A stretch of 63,806 nucleotides of DNA, filler included, from Bipalium vagum (GCA_037834085.1; 3 parts of 3 records of this genome joined end to end with filler, not necessarily neighbours in it); one strand, 5' to 3'. Positions 11,272 through 24,965 are shown, counted from the whole stretch's first letter. The notes: generated by a model not told the origin, from the letters alone. Translations and numbers: made by a program.

Positions 11272-14200
11272 TTCATAAAACTTAAAAATATCTGGCATTC
11301 TATAAATAAATTATGAAGCGAACAAAGATAAATACAAATAATCATTAAGAGATTCAAGTCAATAAATGTATTAATATTCAATATATTGGAAATTATTCAT
11401 GATAATGAGAGTAGACTTGCCCTGTAATGAAAAATAATAATATAATAATAAATATATATGAAGACCAGACATCAATCAAAGTATCTCTGTATATAGATTG
11501 GTTAAAGGACAATCATCATTGTCAGTTGTTAATTTGATACTAATATTAAATCCCAAGTGTCGAAGATTAGTTTAAGGTAGTGAGTAAATATAATACTGTC
11601 AAAAAAGTATTAAAAAAAAATTGCATCAATGATTTTCCTGGCCTTCTTAGCCTATCTGATGTCGAGAAAAGGATTATATTGTTTTTACGTAGATTACCAG
11701 GGGAAACTGAACTGAAGTCAACAATGCGTGAGTATTGGTTAAATACTTCTATTTGATTGCATATTTTCAGAAATATTTGATTATTGTTTTGATGTCTATC
11801 CGATCTATGTTAAATTACATTCAGCTCTTGGCCTTATTCTAATATGTTTAGTAGGAGTAAATAAGCTATTATCTATATACCAAATATACAGTGTAAAATA
11901 TTTAACTGAAGCTAATATAAGAAATTAATAGGGTTCTCAAGTTTAAAATTTTTTGAGTCCTAACCTAAACAACAAGCCTGTACAAAACTGATACTACAAG
12001 GAATAAGCGAAACTCTGATTTAAGTGAAAAATTTTTGTATTAATCCAAAGTAAAATTATTTTAATATTTATTAATACTAACAGTAGATGTAATTGACTTA
12101 CTGAATAATTAGCGATTTGAGTACTTAATTTCTTATATTTATTGAACCAAATTAATTGGTTCTAATTTAAATTTACACAATCACTAATTTTATTTGACAG
12201 CACAGTCCGACCCGAAAAATTCTAACATGGATCTCACAGTAGCAAATCAAAAATCAATGAATAAAAAAAATAATATAATAATTTAAATAATAATAAGGAT
12301 ATTTAATAAATATAGAAAACAGTAATAATTTAAAATATGATAGATATATTCATTTTTATTTATCCATTTTGAAATGCTATGTTTTAATCGATTAAAATAA
12401 TTTTTTAATGTGAGATGCCCAATATTTAAACCTTTAAACCATTTATAAATTATATATTTCTCTTTTGTTTAAGTGCATGAAATTCAAACAAAGTCGATTC
12501 ATGTAAAAACATGAAGTTTCCGACCAACACAATATTATTAATAAGTTTAAATATAACAGTATGATAAAGATCACAATCAATAACACACAATAAAATATAT
12601 TATAAAAGAATTAAAAGTAATGACAAAAGGAAATAAGATGAATTTAATGAAAAAAAGTATTACAAATACAAAATGTGGACTATCAGTCTAGTCCAACTGT
12701 TCGGCCAAAGTTTTCTCTTGGGACTAAAGTAAAATCTTGTACGATAATATTGACATAAAATAAGAATATACTCATAGTAAAATATCTTTGATCAATAGTT
12801 CTTCCTACAATTACTTCTTCTGACAAATATTTCTTCTCCCACTTGGCAAAGACAAATGATAAATCTTAAATTGTTTCCACGTTCTTATCAGGGTGGCTCT
12901 ATTATATAGATTCGTCATTTTATATTAACCTTTTCAGGCAGCCGATCAATTCTGTCGTCAAAAATTCATTAGAATAATAGTCTCTTTTTTTTCTTTTATC
13001 GAATCTCCTTTCCGAGCTGACAACTTTTAAAAGTGGCTCGTTGGATTTTCAACCGGGATAATTGATCAAATAGTCCATAATTTGTTCTTTTCGTTGAAAA
13101 AAGTAATATTCTCAAAAAATAACTGATACATTTTTATTATTACAAATAATTTATCATTCTTGAAAAATATGTATTATAGAAAAATAATTAATTATTATTA
13201 TTAATGAACATTATTTTTATAATTATTATTATTAAACATTCAAAGAGCTTTATATTTCCAATATAGATCAATTGAAGAGAAAATGTTTATGGCTTATTTT
13301 TCCTAAACATCAAAGATAATAAGTTTTAATAAAAATGAAATCGTATAAAATACTGAATAGTAAGAAAAAATACAAATATTTTCTCTGTATCAAATAAAAC
13401 ACACTTCTTTTCTTTTCTATCATTTGTAATACCATTAATATATCCATTTTCCACATTGTTCAACGAGTTTATTCATATCTCATTTCCTTTATATAATTAA
13501 TTCTTCCAATCCACTTTAATCATTATTTTTGCTCTCTACAAGAATAAACTTAAAAGCTTTTCTTTAATTTTCTAAAATCACATACCCAGTACATTACATT
13601 GACACATTGTTATTCATATTTATTTCTTTCTTTTCTTTTTTCAAATTTATTTTTTTGATAGAAAGTTTAAAATATCATTTTAAATAATAAATAATAAATA
13701 ATAAATACTTTTAATTTAATTTTGTTAACAATATAAAAAATGTGTTTGGTGTTCTATTTCTATCGTTTGATAGGTTTTATGAAAAAATCAATAAAAATTC
13801 TATGGCTGAAATATTACTTTTAATATCTTTTAAAGACTGAGATTCTCTGCTATCTAAAATAAACTGTAAGATAGGGAAAAGTAATAACCCGAAGAAGCAA
13901 TAAGGCTAGACAATACAGGTTGATTAGTTATGTATTTCACTAAGCGATACACTTAATGGTCAAGAAATTCTTGATTTTAATTAATAATCTTCGACATGAT
14001 CAATTTAAAATAATGAACAGTTGTTTAATGGAAAAAATAACTTTTTGTTTACTGTCATAAATTATATTATGAGCGAAGATCAACGTTCAACTATCTTTAA
14101 AATTTCCAATATTCAATGGGTATCAAATGTAGTAAACCATATTTTAAATGAATATTAAGAAATTAAAGAAATAAAGCAGGAATTTCACAATGGAATGTCC

Positions 14201-15644
14201 TTCACAAAGGACAAAGAGAAACTTAATTATAGTTTATGTTAACAATACTTTCTTAGATAATAAAAAAATCTAAAATAACCAAAATTAACAATATTAGACA
14301 AACATGTTTCAATTAAATACTAATACTTAAAAAAATATTTGTAATCAAATCAATAGTTTTCGTCTCAAAATGTTTTGACTCTTGTGATATTAGAAAAATC
14401 CAAAATTTACATTATCTAATATAGCCTCCTATTAACCATCCGTGACTCTCAGTCTTATTAATATCTCAAATTTAAGAAAATGTTCGTCTAACAGTTGAAA
14501 TCAAGACAGTGAAATAGAATTCAATATATTAATTTGAGCTTATTTTTTCATTCACATTTTTCTAAAAATATCTTGGGTGATGTATAACATATTTTTTTAC
14601 TAGTAGAACATACTTAAAAGAATCATTCATATGAATATTATAAAGTTGTCAAGATAAATCCGGAACATTCTCAAAGTTATATTAAAAGAAGATTATTTCA
14701 GTTATCATTATAATTATTTTTATTTAAGTTAGCTAATTTATCAAAAACATGGAATAATCGAATTTAAATTATTTAATATTAGTCATTTTTTTCAGAATGT
14801 GACAGAAGAACGTTTGAAAACTATTATTTCATATGAATATTAAAGTTAAGAAGAATTATAAAACAGAATGAAAAACTTAATTCTTTTTGTGTTTAGTAGA
14901 ATAACTGTTTCCTTCCTGCATCAATACTTGATTTTTTCCCTTTTAAGCGGAATGTAATCTTGATTTATTTTAAATGACATCATTGTTCAAAAACACCTCT
15001 AATGAAATAAAATATTAAAATAAATTTCCCCTTCTTAATTTAAAAATAGTTTTAGTTTATATATGAAAATGATTTTTACAATTTTTTTTGTTTTATTTTT
15101 AAAGGATAATTATATATTATTTATGACACTTATATCCCACATTTCAATTATATATATATCATGTTTAATATATCAGAGATTATATTGAAACTAAATTTTC
15201 CTGGGAACATTTCAATCCTTGTGGGACAAATGCATGTGAAATAAAAATTTAATAATTCTGAAAATTTTCTAGTAAATTTTTTAATTTTTTCCAGAATCGT
15301 CAATATTTGGAAAAAATATTTAATTATTAATTTCTTTTATTTCTTTCAAAATCCAAAAACTTATACGCACTACATTTTATTCTCTTTTGCCAAATTGAAA
15401 TTTTATATTAAATAAAAGTTAAAATGTTATCTTTTGATTGTTTCAGTCCTCTAAGGATGTTAAAATGTGTCATTTTTTCTTTAAACAATTATGATAGTAA
15501 ATTCAGTAATCACATTGTTATTTGTTTTAATGATTTACTTCTAAATATAAGCTTTTTTCTGACGATATATTTGCAATTCGAAATTTCTTAACTATGAGTG
15601 ATTAATTGTTACTTGGTTTATAAGATTTTAAAATTAAAATTTCC

Positions 15645-16200
15645 CATGGTCTTCTTAAATTCTCAATTTTTTAAAATTTTCTCAACATTCCTTTCAATTC
15701 TTTTTCCATTTATCTTTTCTATAACCTTTCTACGATCATGAAAATTTTGACTGGCATCGTATGATCCGTCATATCTCTTATCATATTTGTCTCGGGATTT
15801 GATTTTAACTAAGATCTGAATTTCCTTTTACACTGATCTTCACATCTTTCCCGCGAATACTTTTTCTCCAGGACTCATTCCAGTTGTCTTTTCCAGTGTC
15901 GAATTAAACACAAATTCTTTCTCCGAGAGGATCTCAGCTCAATCATTTTACCATCTTTCGCTGAAGATATAGCGTTCATCAAATCGCGCATAGTTCTTAA
16001 TAATTGTATTGTTATTTTATCAATTTATTAGTACGCAAAAATTGGTAGAGTTACGGAAACATCGAAAACTTTTACTGAAAATTTATGAGTAAGATACAGC
16101 AAAAGAATGTACTTGTCTAATTTGGTTTAGAAAATTTGGTTTTGTAAATATTTCTTTTTAAAATTTATCAACATTAAATCGGTCAATGAGAATTAATGAG
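15645..16200 (-). mobile_element. Ty3/Gypsy LTR retrotransposon integrase C-terminal fragment (degraded)
   Basis: Minus-strand frames give 'RTMRDLMNA', 'EFVFNSTLEKTTGMSPGEKVF' (end of integrase core) and 'LVKIKSRDKYDKRYDGSY...HDRR...GKRIERNVE' (GPY/F-type module), followed by a purine-rich tract and a TG start. Confidence 0.7.
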
Positions 16201-16224
16201 GAAAATATATTATTATTATTATTA

Positions 16225-16324
16225 NNNNNNNNNNNNNNNNNNNNNNNNNNNNNNNNNNNNNNNNNNNNTTAATTAATTAANNNNNNNNNNNNNNNNNNNN
16301 NNNNNNNNNNNNNNNNNNNNNNNN
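16225..16324. other. Artificial scaffold spacer (44 N + TTAATTAATTAA + 44 N)
   Basis: Exactly 100 bp with a six-frame-stop linker; identical layout at 33829-33928. Confidence 0.97.
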
Positions 16325-16344
16325 AAGAATAATAATAATAATAA

Positions 16345-16401
<57 letters not shown>
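16325..16401. repeat. (AAT)n microsatellite at contig edge
   Basis: AAT run directly after the gap; a short (TAT)n run precedes the gap. Confidence 0.9.
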
Positions 16402-16402
<1 letters not shown>

Positions 16403-17294
16403 GAAATTATTTTTATTTAATAAATTTTTTGAAATCGGTAACATGCAACACTTTATTTATATTTTAGATGCCTTTTCATAGACTGAATATAAAATATTTA
16501 ATTTATTAATATAAATTAAATTTTCCTCTTCATAAGAAAAATATAAAAAATAATTTTCCACATTTTTAATTTAAATATCGAAATCAATGTATGAAATCCC
16601 ATTTATTGATCCTTTTAACACTATTTAAATAACAAAATCATTATGACGACCTAACAATTTCAGTTGAATATAAAGAATCACAAAGTTTATATCGAATCTC
16701 ATAACTTTGATGGATACATTTCTGTTCATTTTTTGAAACTATTAATATTATTCTTTACATTTTGAGCCTGTGAGATATTTAGTAGTTTTCTCAATTCTTT
16801 TCTTTCAGTAGAATACGGGATTAATCGCTTAACCCTTTGATGATATAGGATTTCCTTGCAATCTTGTCTAACAAACCTAATCTACTTTCCTTCATCTCTG
16901 ATTACGATTTAGAATAAAAATGTTTGAGATTCTCTTTTCAGTCAATATTTACAGATGAAAATTGTTTAATGACTATATAGAGATACTCCTCCACGACATA
17001 ACTGCAAATCGACGGGTCTCGCTCAATGGGGTTTTTCTTTTATCAAAGTATCTAATAAACAATTAAGGAAAAGGCAACCCACAAACGTATATTTCTGAAG
17101 TATATAAACTTAGAAACGCTCTTTAGCACTTTTATGATTAATATCATTAAAATATTAAAATGAAACACAATTCTTTTTATTTTGATTGGGTAATTATATT
17201 TTAATTATATTTTAATTATATATTAATTAATTTGAAATTAAATTCTATTCTTATTCTTTATTCAAAATAACTCCTCAACTAAAAATTAAAAGTA

Positions 17295-18966
17295 CAGTCA
17301 ACCCCTTAATTAATTACCCCTCTAATTATTGTCACCCGTAAATAAAGTTGAAAATCATGTAATAATTTTTAGTTAAATTGTATATGAAAACCTCTGATTT
17401 GGTTGCGTGCCTCCAATTAGGTGCAAAGTTTTTGGGATGTATTTTGTTTAATTATTTACAAAAATGGCGGAAAAATGAATAAATTTATCAATTACTGAAC
17501 AGAAGTGAATCAAGGATTTGTAATCATAAGACTCAAAACCTCACTTAAAGAGTTAACATTACTTTGGTAGCACAAGTTCAGGAAAAAAGTAGCAAACAAA
17601 ATAAAAGGAAAATCTTGAAAAATAGTAATGTCGACGATCTTACTACCAATCATATGAAACGATTATTCCTAGTTAAACATTCGAAGTTTGGACAAGTTTA
17701 TCTTGAATGGGTTGAATCGATGATCATGGATGGTATACCTCTAAGGGGTGGTATTATCCGGAGCAAGGCATGGAAATTCAAAAACACACTAAATATTGAA
17801 AATGTTAAAGTGTCTAATGGTTGGATTGCCAAATTTAGGACAAGAAATGAGTGGTAAGTCTAATATGATATCAGGTGAAACTGGTAATATCAATGCTGAT
17901 GTTATTGGAAAGGTATGACAAAGAAACAAAGAACGAAACAGGATTATTGTACATATATCCCTTATCATTTATGATGTCTAAGGACCAAAACAATAATCTC
18001 AAGAAATTTCAATAATATTTTACTTAAATGATGATAATGGTGACAATAGAAAGCCTTCATTGAAGGTATACCAAGCCGAGCTGTTTCAATAATTTTTATG
18101 TAAACTCATTTAATGGATATTATACAAATGTATGTGTAACTACCAAAGAAATTATTTCCTGTGCGAAACTGATAGAATCTCAAAGAAACAAATAAAATTC
18201 TCTCAATACTTGTCAATGATACAGGCTTTTGAATCGCCTAACATTGAATTTTTGCTTTTGTCACCGAACATGACACAATGTTTGCGGTACCTAGATGAAG
18301 GTATCATTAGATCATTTAAATCTTATTAAAAAAGCTAAAATTAGATTTTTGTAATTGGTAATATTTATTAGAACTATACAGGAAAAGGTCAGAGTCATTT
18401 CTATTAAAAGACGCTATATATTTCATTAAATGTGCTTCGGTTCAAATGTTTAAATTCACAATAGTCGATTGCTGGAATCATACAAAGATACTTTATATGA
18501 AAGAGTCATCAGATTTTAATATTGAAGAAGTTGTCAGCTCAAGCATTGTGGAAATAAATGATTCATTAAAGAAGTCTCTTCTAGCACGAAGTATGAAGCT
18601 AATGAATAATCTAAGATTGAAACAGAAAATGAAATTCATCTTTCCTCGAATAACACGAGCTTATTGAAGATGGTTGATGACAAAGATGACTATGATTCAG
18701 ATAATGTATTTTTAAAATATGACATTGAAAGTGACACAATGTTAACAAGCGAAAGTTACTTTAGGTGTTCTGAAAAATTTTATCATACACAAAAGTAATT
18801 TCAATGATCATATCATTAATTGTTCGGAGATTTTTGCAAAAAGACTCGAAGAACATGGCAAAGATGTGAAACAAACCCTACGTGATGACTGGTTTCAAAT
18901 TTCATTCTCTATTTCATTGCATAAATTTCCAAGAACACAATTGGCAACTGAACAGGGGGTTGATTG
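17295..18966 (+). mobile_element. pogo/Tigger (CENP-B-like) DNA transposon, near full length, decayed
   Basis: TA-flanked TIRs CAGTCAACCCCTTAATTAATTACC / revcomp CAATCAACCCCCTGTTCAGTTGCC. HTH 'KVSNGWIAKFRTRN'; DDE_1 'LSPNMTQCLRYLDEGIIRSFKSY'; 'TIVDCWNHT'. Confidence 0.88.
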
Positions 18967-19300
18967 TATCGATTTTTTTATAAATGTAATGTAATATGTA
19001 TTTCTTCAAATTGATTAATCAAAATTTTAAAAAATTGCTAATATCCTACTGAAAATTATTTATAAATTTATAAAAAAAAGTATAATAAAATTACACAAAT
19101 AAAATAATTAATTAAATATGTCTGCAAAATATAATTTATAAATGACATCTCAGTGAGATATACATATTTTTAAGAGAATAAAAATTTAGCTTGTTTAAAT
19201 TAATAAAAATATAATAATAATCAGTAATAATATATTTCTAAATCGTTTTAATTAAAAATACTAATTATTTTTCAAAAAATCATTAAATCTACCAATGCAG

Positions 19301-19391
19301 GTTGAGGCCAAAAAGGCATTGCCCAAAGAATTGTTGTCCACTTCAAATACAATAGCAAAGCCTGAAAGTAAATCTCTTCATGTTCCTTTAA
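19301..19391 (+). CDS. Exon of a Musashi/hnRNP A/D-like RRM RNA-binding protein (end of RRM)
   Basis: Acceptor atgcag|GTT and donor A|gtaaga. Open frame VEAKKALPKELLSTSNTIAKPESKSLHVPL; VEAKKALPKE resembles the Musashi RRM2 end VECKKAQPKE. Its phase-1 end matches the phase-1 start of 23128. Confidence 0.75.
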
Positions 19392-20419
19392 GTAAGATTT
19401 ATATCAAATCATATTTAATATTATAAAATATTATTTATTTTCTACAATATTTAATTATTTTAATAACCGAAGAATTATTAATTAATCAATTAATTCCAAA
19501 GTTCATTTTCTATCCAGATTGTGTATTTTCCCTATAAAGTTGAATTTTCTCATCTGCTTCTAAACAAATAACAAAACCTCAGTTTGTTTTCACAAATATT
19601 TATTTTCTGGTTTCGTAAACAATTTTTTATTTTTTTCTTTACAGCTTCTCAGATTTTTTGTTTGAGAAAAAACTTTACTTGTCTTTCAAAAAGTGAATTA
19701 CGAAAACAATATTCCTTTTCCTGTTCAAATGTCCTTCATTATCTCATTGATCCTAAGGGTTTTTTTCCTCAAAGATTATCTTCAACATAAATTCATTTCA
19801 TACCCCTTGTCAGTGTGACCATCTCATCTTCGGTGATGGTCAGAATGATGTCACATCAATTTCCGATATTGATATATTTTAAATATATCGGAAAAAGTGT
19901 CAATTTTTGAGGTTTTAAAAATTATTTTCTTTCCATAAAATATCTGATAAAAATGGGATATGTGGTTAGAATTATGAATATAGAATCTCTCGTATTTTTG
20001 TCTAATTAAAACGGAGGTTTCGTAAATACCAGTTTTAAACGAAAAGTAATTATGAAATTTGTAGAATGATTTTTATCTTTTATAATTAAAACTGATAATT
20101 TTTTTATTATTTATTCAACTTTTATTCTTGTAATTATTTAAGGGTATTAAGAAAGTATTAATTATTTTTTCAAAAAAAAACATTTCGAAACTACGGATGA
20201 TTTTATTAAAAAAAATAAATCAATACATTACACGTTATTTTATTTTTATTATTTTATTTGTTAATGTTAATAATAATAATATTTTTTTTTGTTTTATACT
20301 TTAAAAATAGAATTTTGAAACGTAATTCTTATTAAATAACAAAAATATTTTAATTACATTTTATGAAAATTATTACTCGTGCAAAAGACTAGCAACTTTT
20401 GAAAAAAAGAGTAATTTTG

Positions 20420-21290
20420 TAAAATATTTTATTAGGAATCCTTTGATAGAAATATGTTTCACTGCCTTCCATTTTTCAAACAACAAATAAATTCTGACAA
20501 AGCAGAAATTAGTCTTTTGAGGTAATCCATTTGTCTACTTTATGTCGAAGGTCTTCCACAGAGCTGAATCGCTATGGAGAACGTGATCTGATAAATACGA
20601 TTAGGGGTGGAAGGCTTCGCAGTAATTCTTAACCAACGAATGAACATATCTTCTTTTTTTATTGTTGCATTTTATTCTCCTACCCAGTTCTTTTCTCCTC
20701 AATTTTTAAGTACAATTATTTACAATGGATAATGATAATCAGTTATAGTTTCTGGAAGTTTTTGCAGTAGATTGAACCATTCTTATCCATCCAGATATAC
20801 AATTTCAATTTCGAAGCATGAATATTTTGTCGTGTTGCTCATCTGCCAAATTCACCTCGCTTTACTGAAACTACTTTTGAGTTTTCGTTGTTATAATGAG
20901 TTCATTTTTTGTGTCACGTAAAAATTCGAGATAAATTACTGCCTTGAGAAAGAAAATCACGGGTTATTTTATGCCTTTCCATATCTCCTTTCGCCAATGT
21001 ATGAGAGCCACTTCTCTAATTGACGAATCATTCGTAGTATACTATCCTAACAAATTCTAATTTTTATCTTAAACTTCTTTTGTTGGCTTATATGGTTTTA
21101 TCCTTGGTAAACGTGATTGTCAGGTAGATATCTTTGAAAACAATGCTTTCAAGCTGTAATCGCGGGACCGTACACAACATACGACTTTCTTACCAAAGCT
21201 TGTTACAGCTGTAGTTTTCTTTGAAATATGCAAATGCAAACTTTCTTCTGCAAAATTCTTGTTTTAGAAACATGCAAATAGACATTAATT
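20420..21290 (-). mobile_element. Highly degraded mariner relic
   Basis: C-terminal 'RFSSVEDLRHKVDKWITSKD' is mariner-like; the rest is heavily frameshifted. Confidence 0.45.
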
Positions 21291-22599
21291 TATGTCTTAT
21301 TTAATCAAAAACGATTTAATCAATAAGAATTTTAACCATAGAGTTTTTTTTAATTATTAAATGATATGTGCTTTAAAGAGACTGATAGCCGAAGTTTTGA
21401 CGCTACCTTCATAAAAGTAGAGTTCACACTTATGCACCTAAATAATTACTTTTAAAGTTTTATAAGAATATTTGAACTGTTATATTGTATCAATTTCCTT
21501 TTTATTAATATATCTTAGAGTAATCACATTCTTTACCTAATATAACATAGTAGATTTTTAATAAATAAATAAATTTAATTAATATATTATTTTGATTATA
21601 GCCATACTCCCAAACAACATCAGTCCTACTTTTTCAATGAATAACTTGCTTCAACAAAATGGTGGCTCATTTTCCCCATTTGTAACTTTGCCATATTTAC
21701 AAACAAGTACTTGCTTTTATATAATAAATAATTTTTAATAGCCCAATATATAAATAATAAGTATAAACAATAAATATAAAAATTAAGCTTTTTAAAATAC
21801 TTAATGATAAATAACATGTTAGAAAAAATTAAATGCGAAAAATAAACTTATCCATTTCAGTAATGTAAAAACTATTTCATAAAATTAACCAGTCAGTTTT
21901 GTTTATGTAAACCAAATTAATGATAAACTAATTTTGAATTTTGGTAACGTTGCGATCTACAAATAAAATGCCTTCGTAATATTTTCATTCAAGAGAACCT
22001 ATCAGAATGAACCATAGATCGAACCGATTGATTCCGAAATAACTGGAAACAAGTAATGTGGTCAGACGATTCACCAAGCACGATGAATCGAGTCTCAAAA
22101 TTTAAATATTTCATAATGACTTGAAAGAAAACAATTAAATTATTTTTTTTTATTTTATATTCATTTTAAGTTTTTACATTTACAAATCACTTCTAAAAAA
22201 ATACAGATTTTTCTCAAAGTAATTATTGTATTCGGTACTTTTAAACATAAAAATAATGAAAATTAAGCCACAAAAATTATTTTTCAAATTACTAATTATT
22301 ATAAAAACAAATTTAAGTTTTATTTTTGAATTTTACACGTTTTATTAAGTCTAGTAATAAATAATCTAGTTTTTTATTATTTAATGTAATATTCAATTGT
22401 TTTAAAAAATCAATTTAAAATTGATCTTCAGATCAAATATTCAAATGACAAATAGTTTTGAAAATAAAGCATAAATCTCAACAAATTTCTTTCCTGCAAT
22501 GTTCAACATGAGAATAGATAAGATGCAAATTCGGCATTGTAATTTTTATGAATTTCAACAATACAAAAGAAATAGGAACGTATAATGTGTGTCAAAGAA

Positions 22600-22975
22600 T
22601 GGGATTTTAATTTCATATACATTTTTAATGAAATATACATACCATGCTGTGGTGTTTCTAGAATATGGATCAAGATCTGGAGCAAGTGCTGTCCGATAAT
22701 GGGGAACAGACACAGACGGAGCTTACAAACCAGGTGAGATTTTTCTCAGAAAACTGTTTCCAAACTGTTACATGAGATGGCCAAGATCCAACATGAAGAA
22801 AAATAGATCCCACGTACATTAGTAAATTAAAAAAATCAACGTTTGGCATTTAGTCTTTCATTTCAAAAGGTTTTTGTGAAAATTCGTTTCGAAAGATGAG
22901 AAATAGATACATTAATAAAATCCGAAACGTATGAAATCATGGGTTAATCTTGGAGAACCACCAAAATCAATTGAC
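22600..22975 (+). mobile_element. Degraded mariner fragment
   Basis: 'DEK*IH**NPKRMKSWVNLGEPPKS' corresponds to DEKWIHYDNPKRKKSW..PG. Confidence 0.65.
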
Positions 22976-23127
22976 AGTATTATATATATTAAATTAGTAT
23001 TAATACAAAAAATAATTAAATTAATAATAAAAATAAAGGTAACCTTAAAATCGAAATTACGCCACAAAAGTACTACTAAAAATAAAAAATTATTAATAAA
23101 TAAATTAATTATTGTTTTTAATTTTAG

Positions 23128-23734
23128 ACTCTGGACATTTATTACTCAATCCTAATGTGATACAAATTGCAAACACAAATGGAATTTCTCCCATTCAGAC
23201 GATTAATCCTCTATTTTCTAATGACATTATTCCATATTTGAATAACATTAACAACTTTTCAGCATCATACATTCCACCACTTACCTCTTCAATTAATAAT
23301 AATTATATAGGTCAAACTCTTCCTACTATCCATAATGGAACACTTCCGATGCAAAATTTTCTTATTGATTTATCACATCAGGGAATCGCTGATCCAAAAT
23401 ATTTTTCTCAACCATTTTCTGAAAACGTTAAGTCAGTCATATATCCCAATCTAAACAATATTAGCAAAAGGCAATTGAACTCGAATTCTCAACAGAAATC
23501 TGAATCTATGTGTCTTACACAGCTTGAAATGAAAGATAAAGACAACGTTTCTTGTCAATCAATGAACCATTTTGTTGGTAGATATAATAACAATGGATTA
23601 ATGACAATGATGATGATGACTGGTTCTCTTGATGGCAATTCCGCTACCATCGGAGCGACTTTGCCTGATTGTAGCAACTCTTTAGATGGTCCATCAGGAG
23701 ACAATATTTGGTTGATTCCAGCTAAAATTCCCAG
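23128..23734 (+). CDS. Large low-complexity (N/S/P/Q-rich) exon, probable C-terminal region of the Musashi-like RRM protein
   Basis: 607-bp open frame in very AT-rich DNA, bounded by ttttag|AC (phase 1) and CCCAG|gtacaa (phase 2). Splices in frame to 19301-19391. Confidence 0.75.
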
Positions 23735-24547
23735 GTACAAGATACAAATGTTTTATTAAATGTATAATATGTGTTAAAAGATTAAATAAAAAAGTAAAGT
23801 TCCATAAAATGAAATAATTAGTTAAAATAAATTACAAATCAAATAATTTTTAGAAAAAATATGTCAAATTTGAAAATTTATAATGTTATCTAAGTGTTAT
23901 CTGGTGAGCACTGAAGATTAATTAGTGGTAGTTCGAACTAACACCTCACTGCTCAACAAAATGACTCATATTTAAATGAAAAAAATCAGGTTGTGATTTT
24001 CAGTGTCTTTTTGAATACAATTACGACTAACGAAGATTTTAAAGATTTCAACGAATTTTTATTAAAAATTACAATAAATCGATACAACTGTCACAATATA
24101 ATTATCACTTGGCTTCAAAAATCTGATATAGACGGTGGTTTTTTTATTTACCCTGTTGAGATTCGGAGGGTTATAAAATATGATTGTGTATTAATTGATT
24201 CTTAGTTAAGCAAAGAAGTTGACCTATTATGTATATCTGGATATTTATATTGATTTAATTTTATTAAGTTAATTATTTCCTGTTATTATTTTTTATTTTT
24301 TTAAATAAGTGTTATAATATAATTATTATTATCGTCACATGGCATAATTATTATTATCATTTCTCTTTTAAAGAACATTTTGATTTATTATTTTCATTTT
24401 TATCTACATCAAATGATCCTATTCTTATTTCTATTTTGTAAAGCGGTAATTATAATTATTAAATAACTCAGCTTGGAAGCGGGTTACATAAATAATTCCA
24501 ATCACAAATATTAACACATTATTTCACAATCAAATCAAAATATGCTA

Positions 24548-24760
24548 CGGTGCGTCATAAGTTTTAAAGGTCTTTATTAACGAAATATGAAAAGCGTGTG
24601 CAAAAATAGGAAATCAAATTCAATCTTGGAAGTACAATCCAATGTGATCTTTTCATTTACACCATCTTTTGGTCAAATTATCGATTTCGGCCCGATACCC
24701 CTTGGTGGATTTCGACGCGAGGAATTCGTTGAACCCGGTTTTGATGTCTTGCAAATTGGA
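24548..24760 (-). mobile_element. Mariner 3' end with one TIR
   Basis: 'QDIKTGFNEFLASKSTKGYRAEIDNLTKRWCK' followed by TA-flanked TIR-like CGGTGCGTCATAAGTT. Confidence 0.65.
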
Positions 24761-24965
24761 AAAAACCACAGCACAATAATGATTAATAATATCTTTTTAT
24801 AAGAAAGTTTCATATGGAATACAAAATTTCAAAGACTTATAAAAAGTAAAATTGTTTAGCTATATAATATTGTCTATTGATCAGATAAACCGCTGATAAA
24901 ATAAGCTGAGATCAAATGATTTCAAGGCAACCTGAAAAAATCCTTTCCATCACACAGTGTTGATA

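Noticed and set aside
11187-11381. Poly-Ile ORF
   Set aside because: Translation of an (AAT)n microsatellite.
16269-16280. Palindromic TTAATTAATTAA inside N runs (also 33873-33884)
   Set aside because: Assembly linker, not biological; ORF 33873-34064 is partly an artefact of it.
6462-23128. Phase-compatible splice from the GPCR exon to the 23128 exon
   Set aside because: The product would lack TM4-7, and the 19301-19391 exon is a closer, better partner.
24880-24961. Possible second Chapaev3-like terminus (...CACACAGTG)
   Set aside because: No transposase remnant, and the flank is not TWA.
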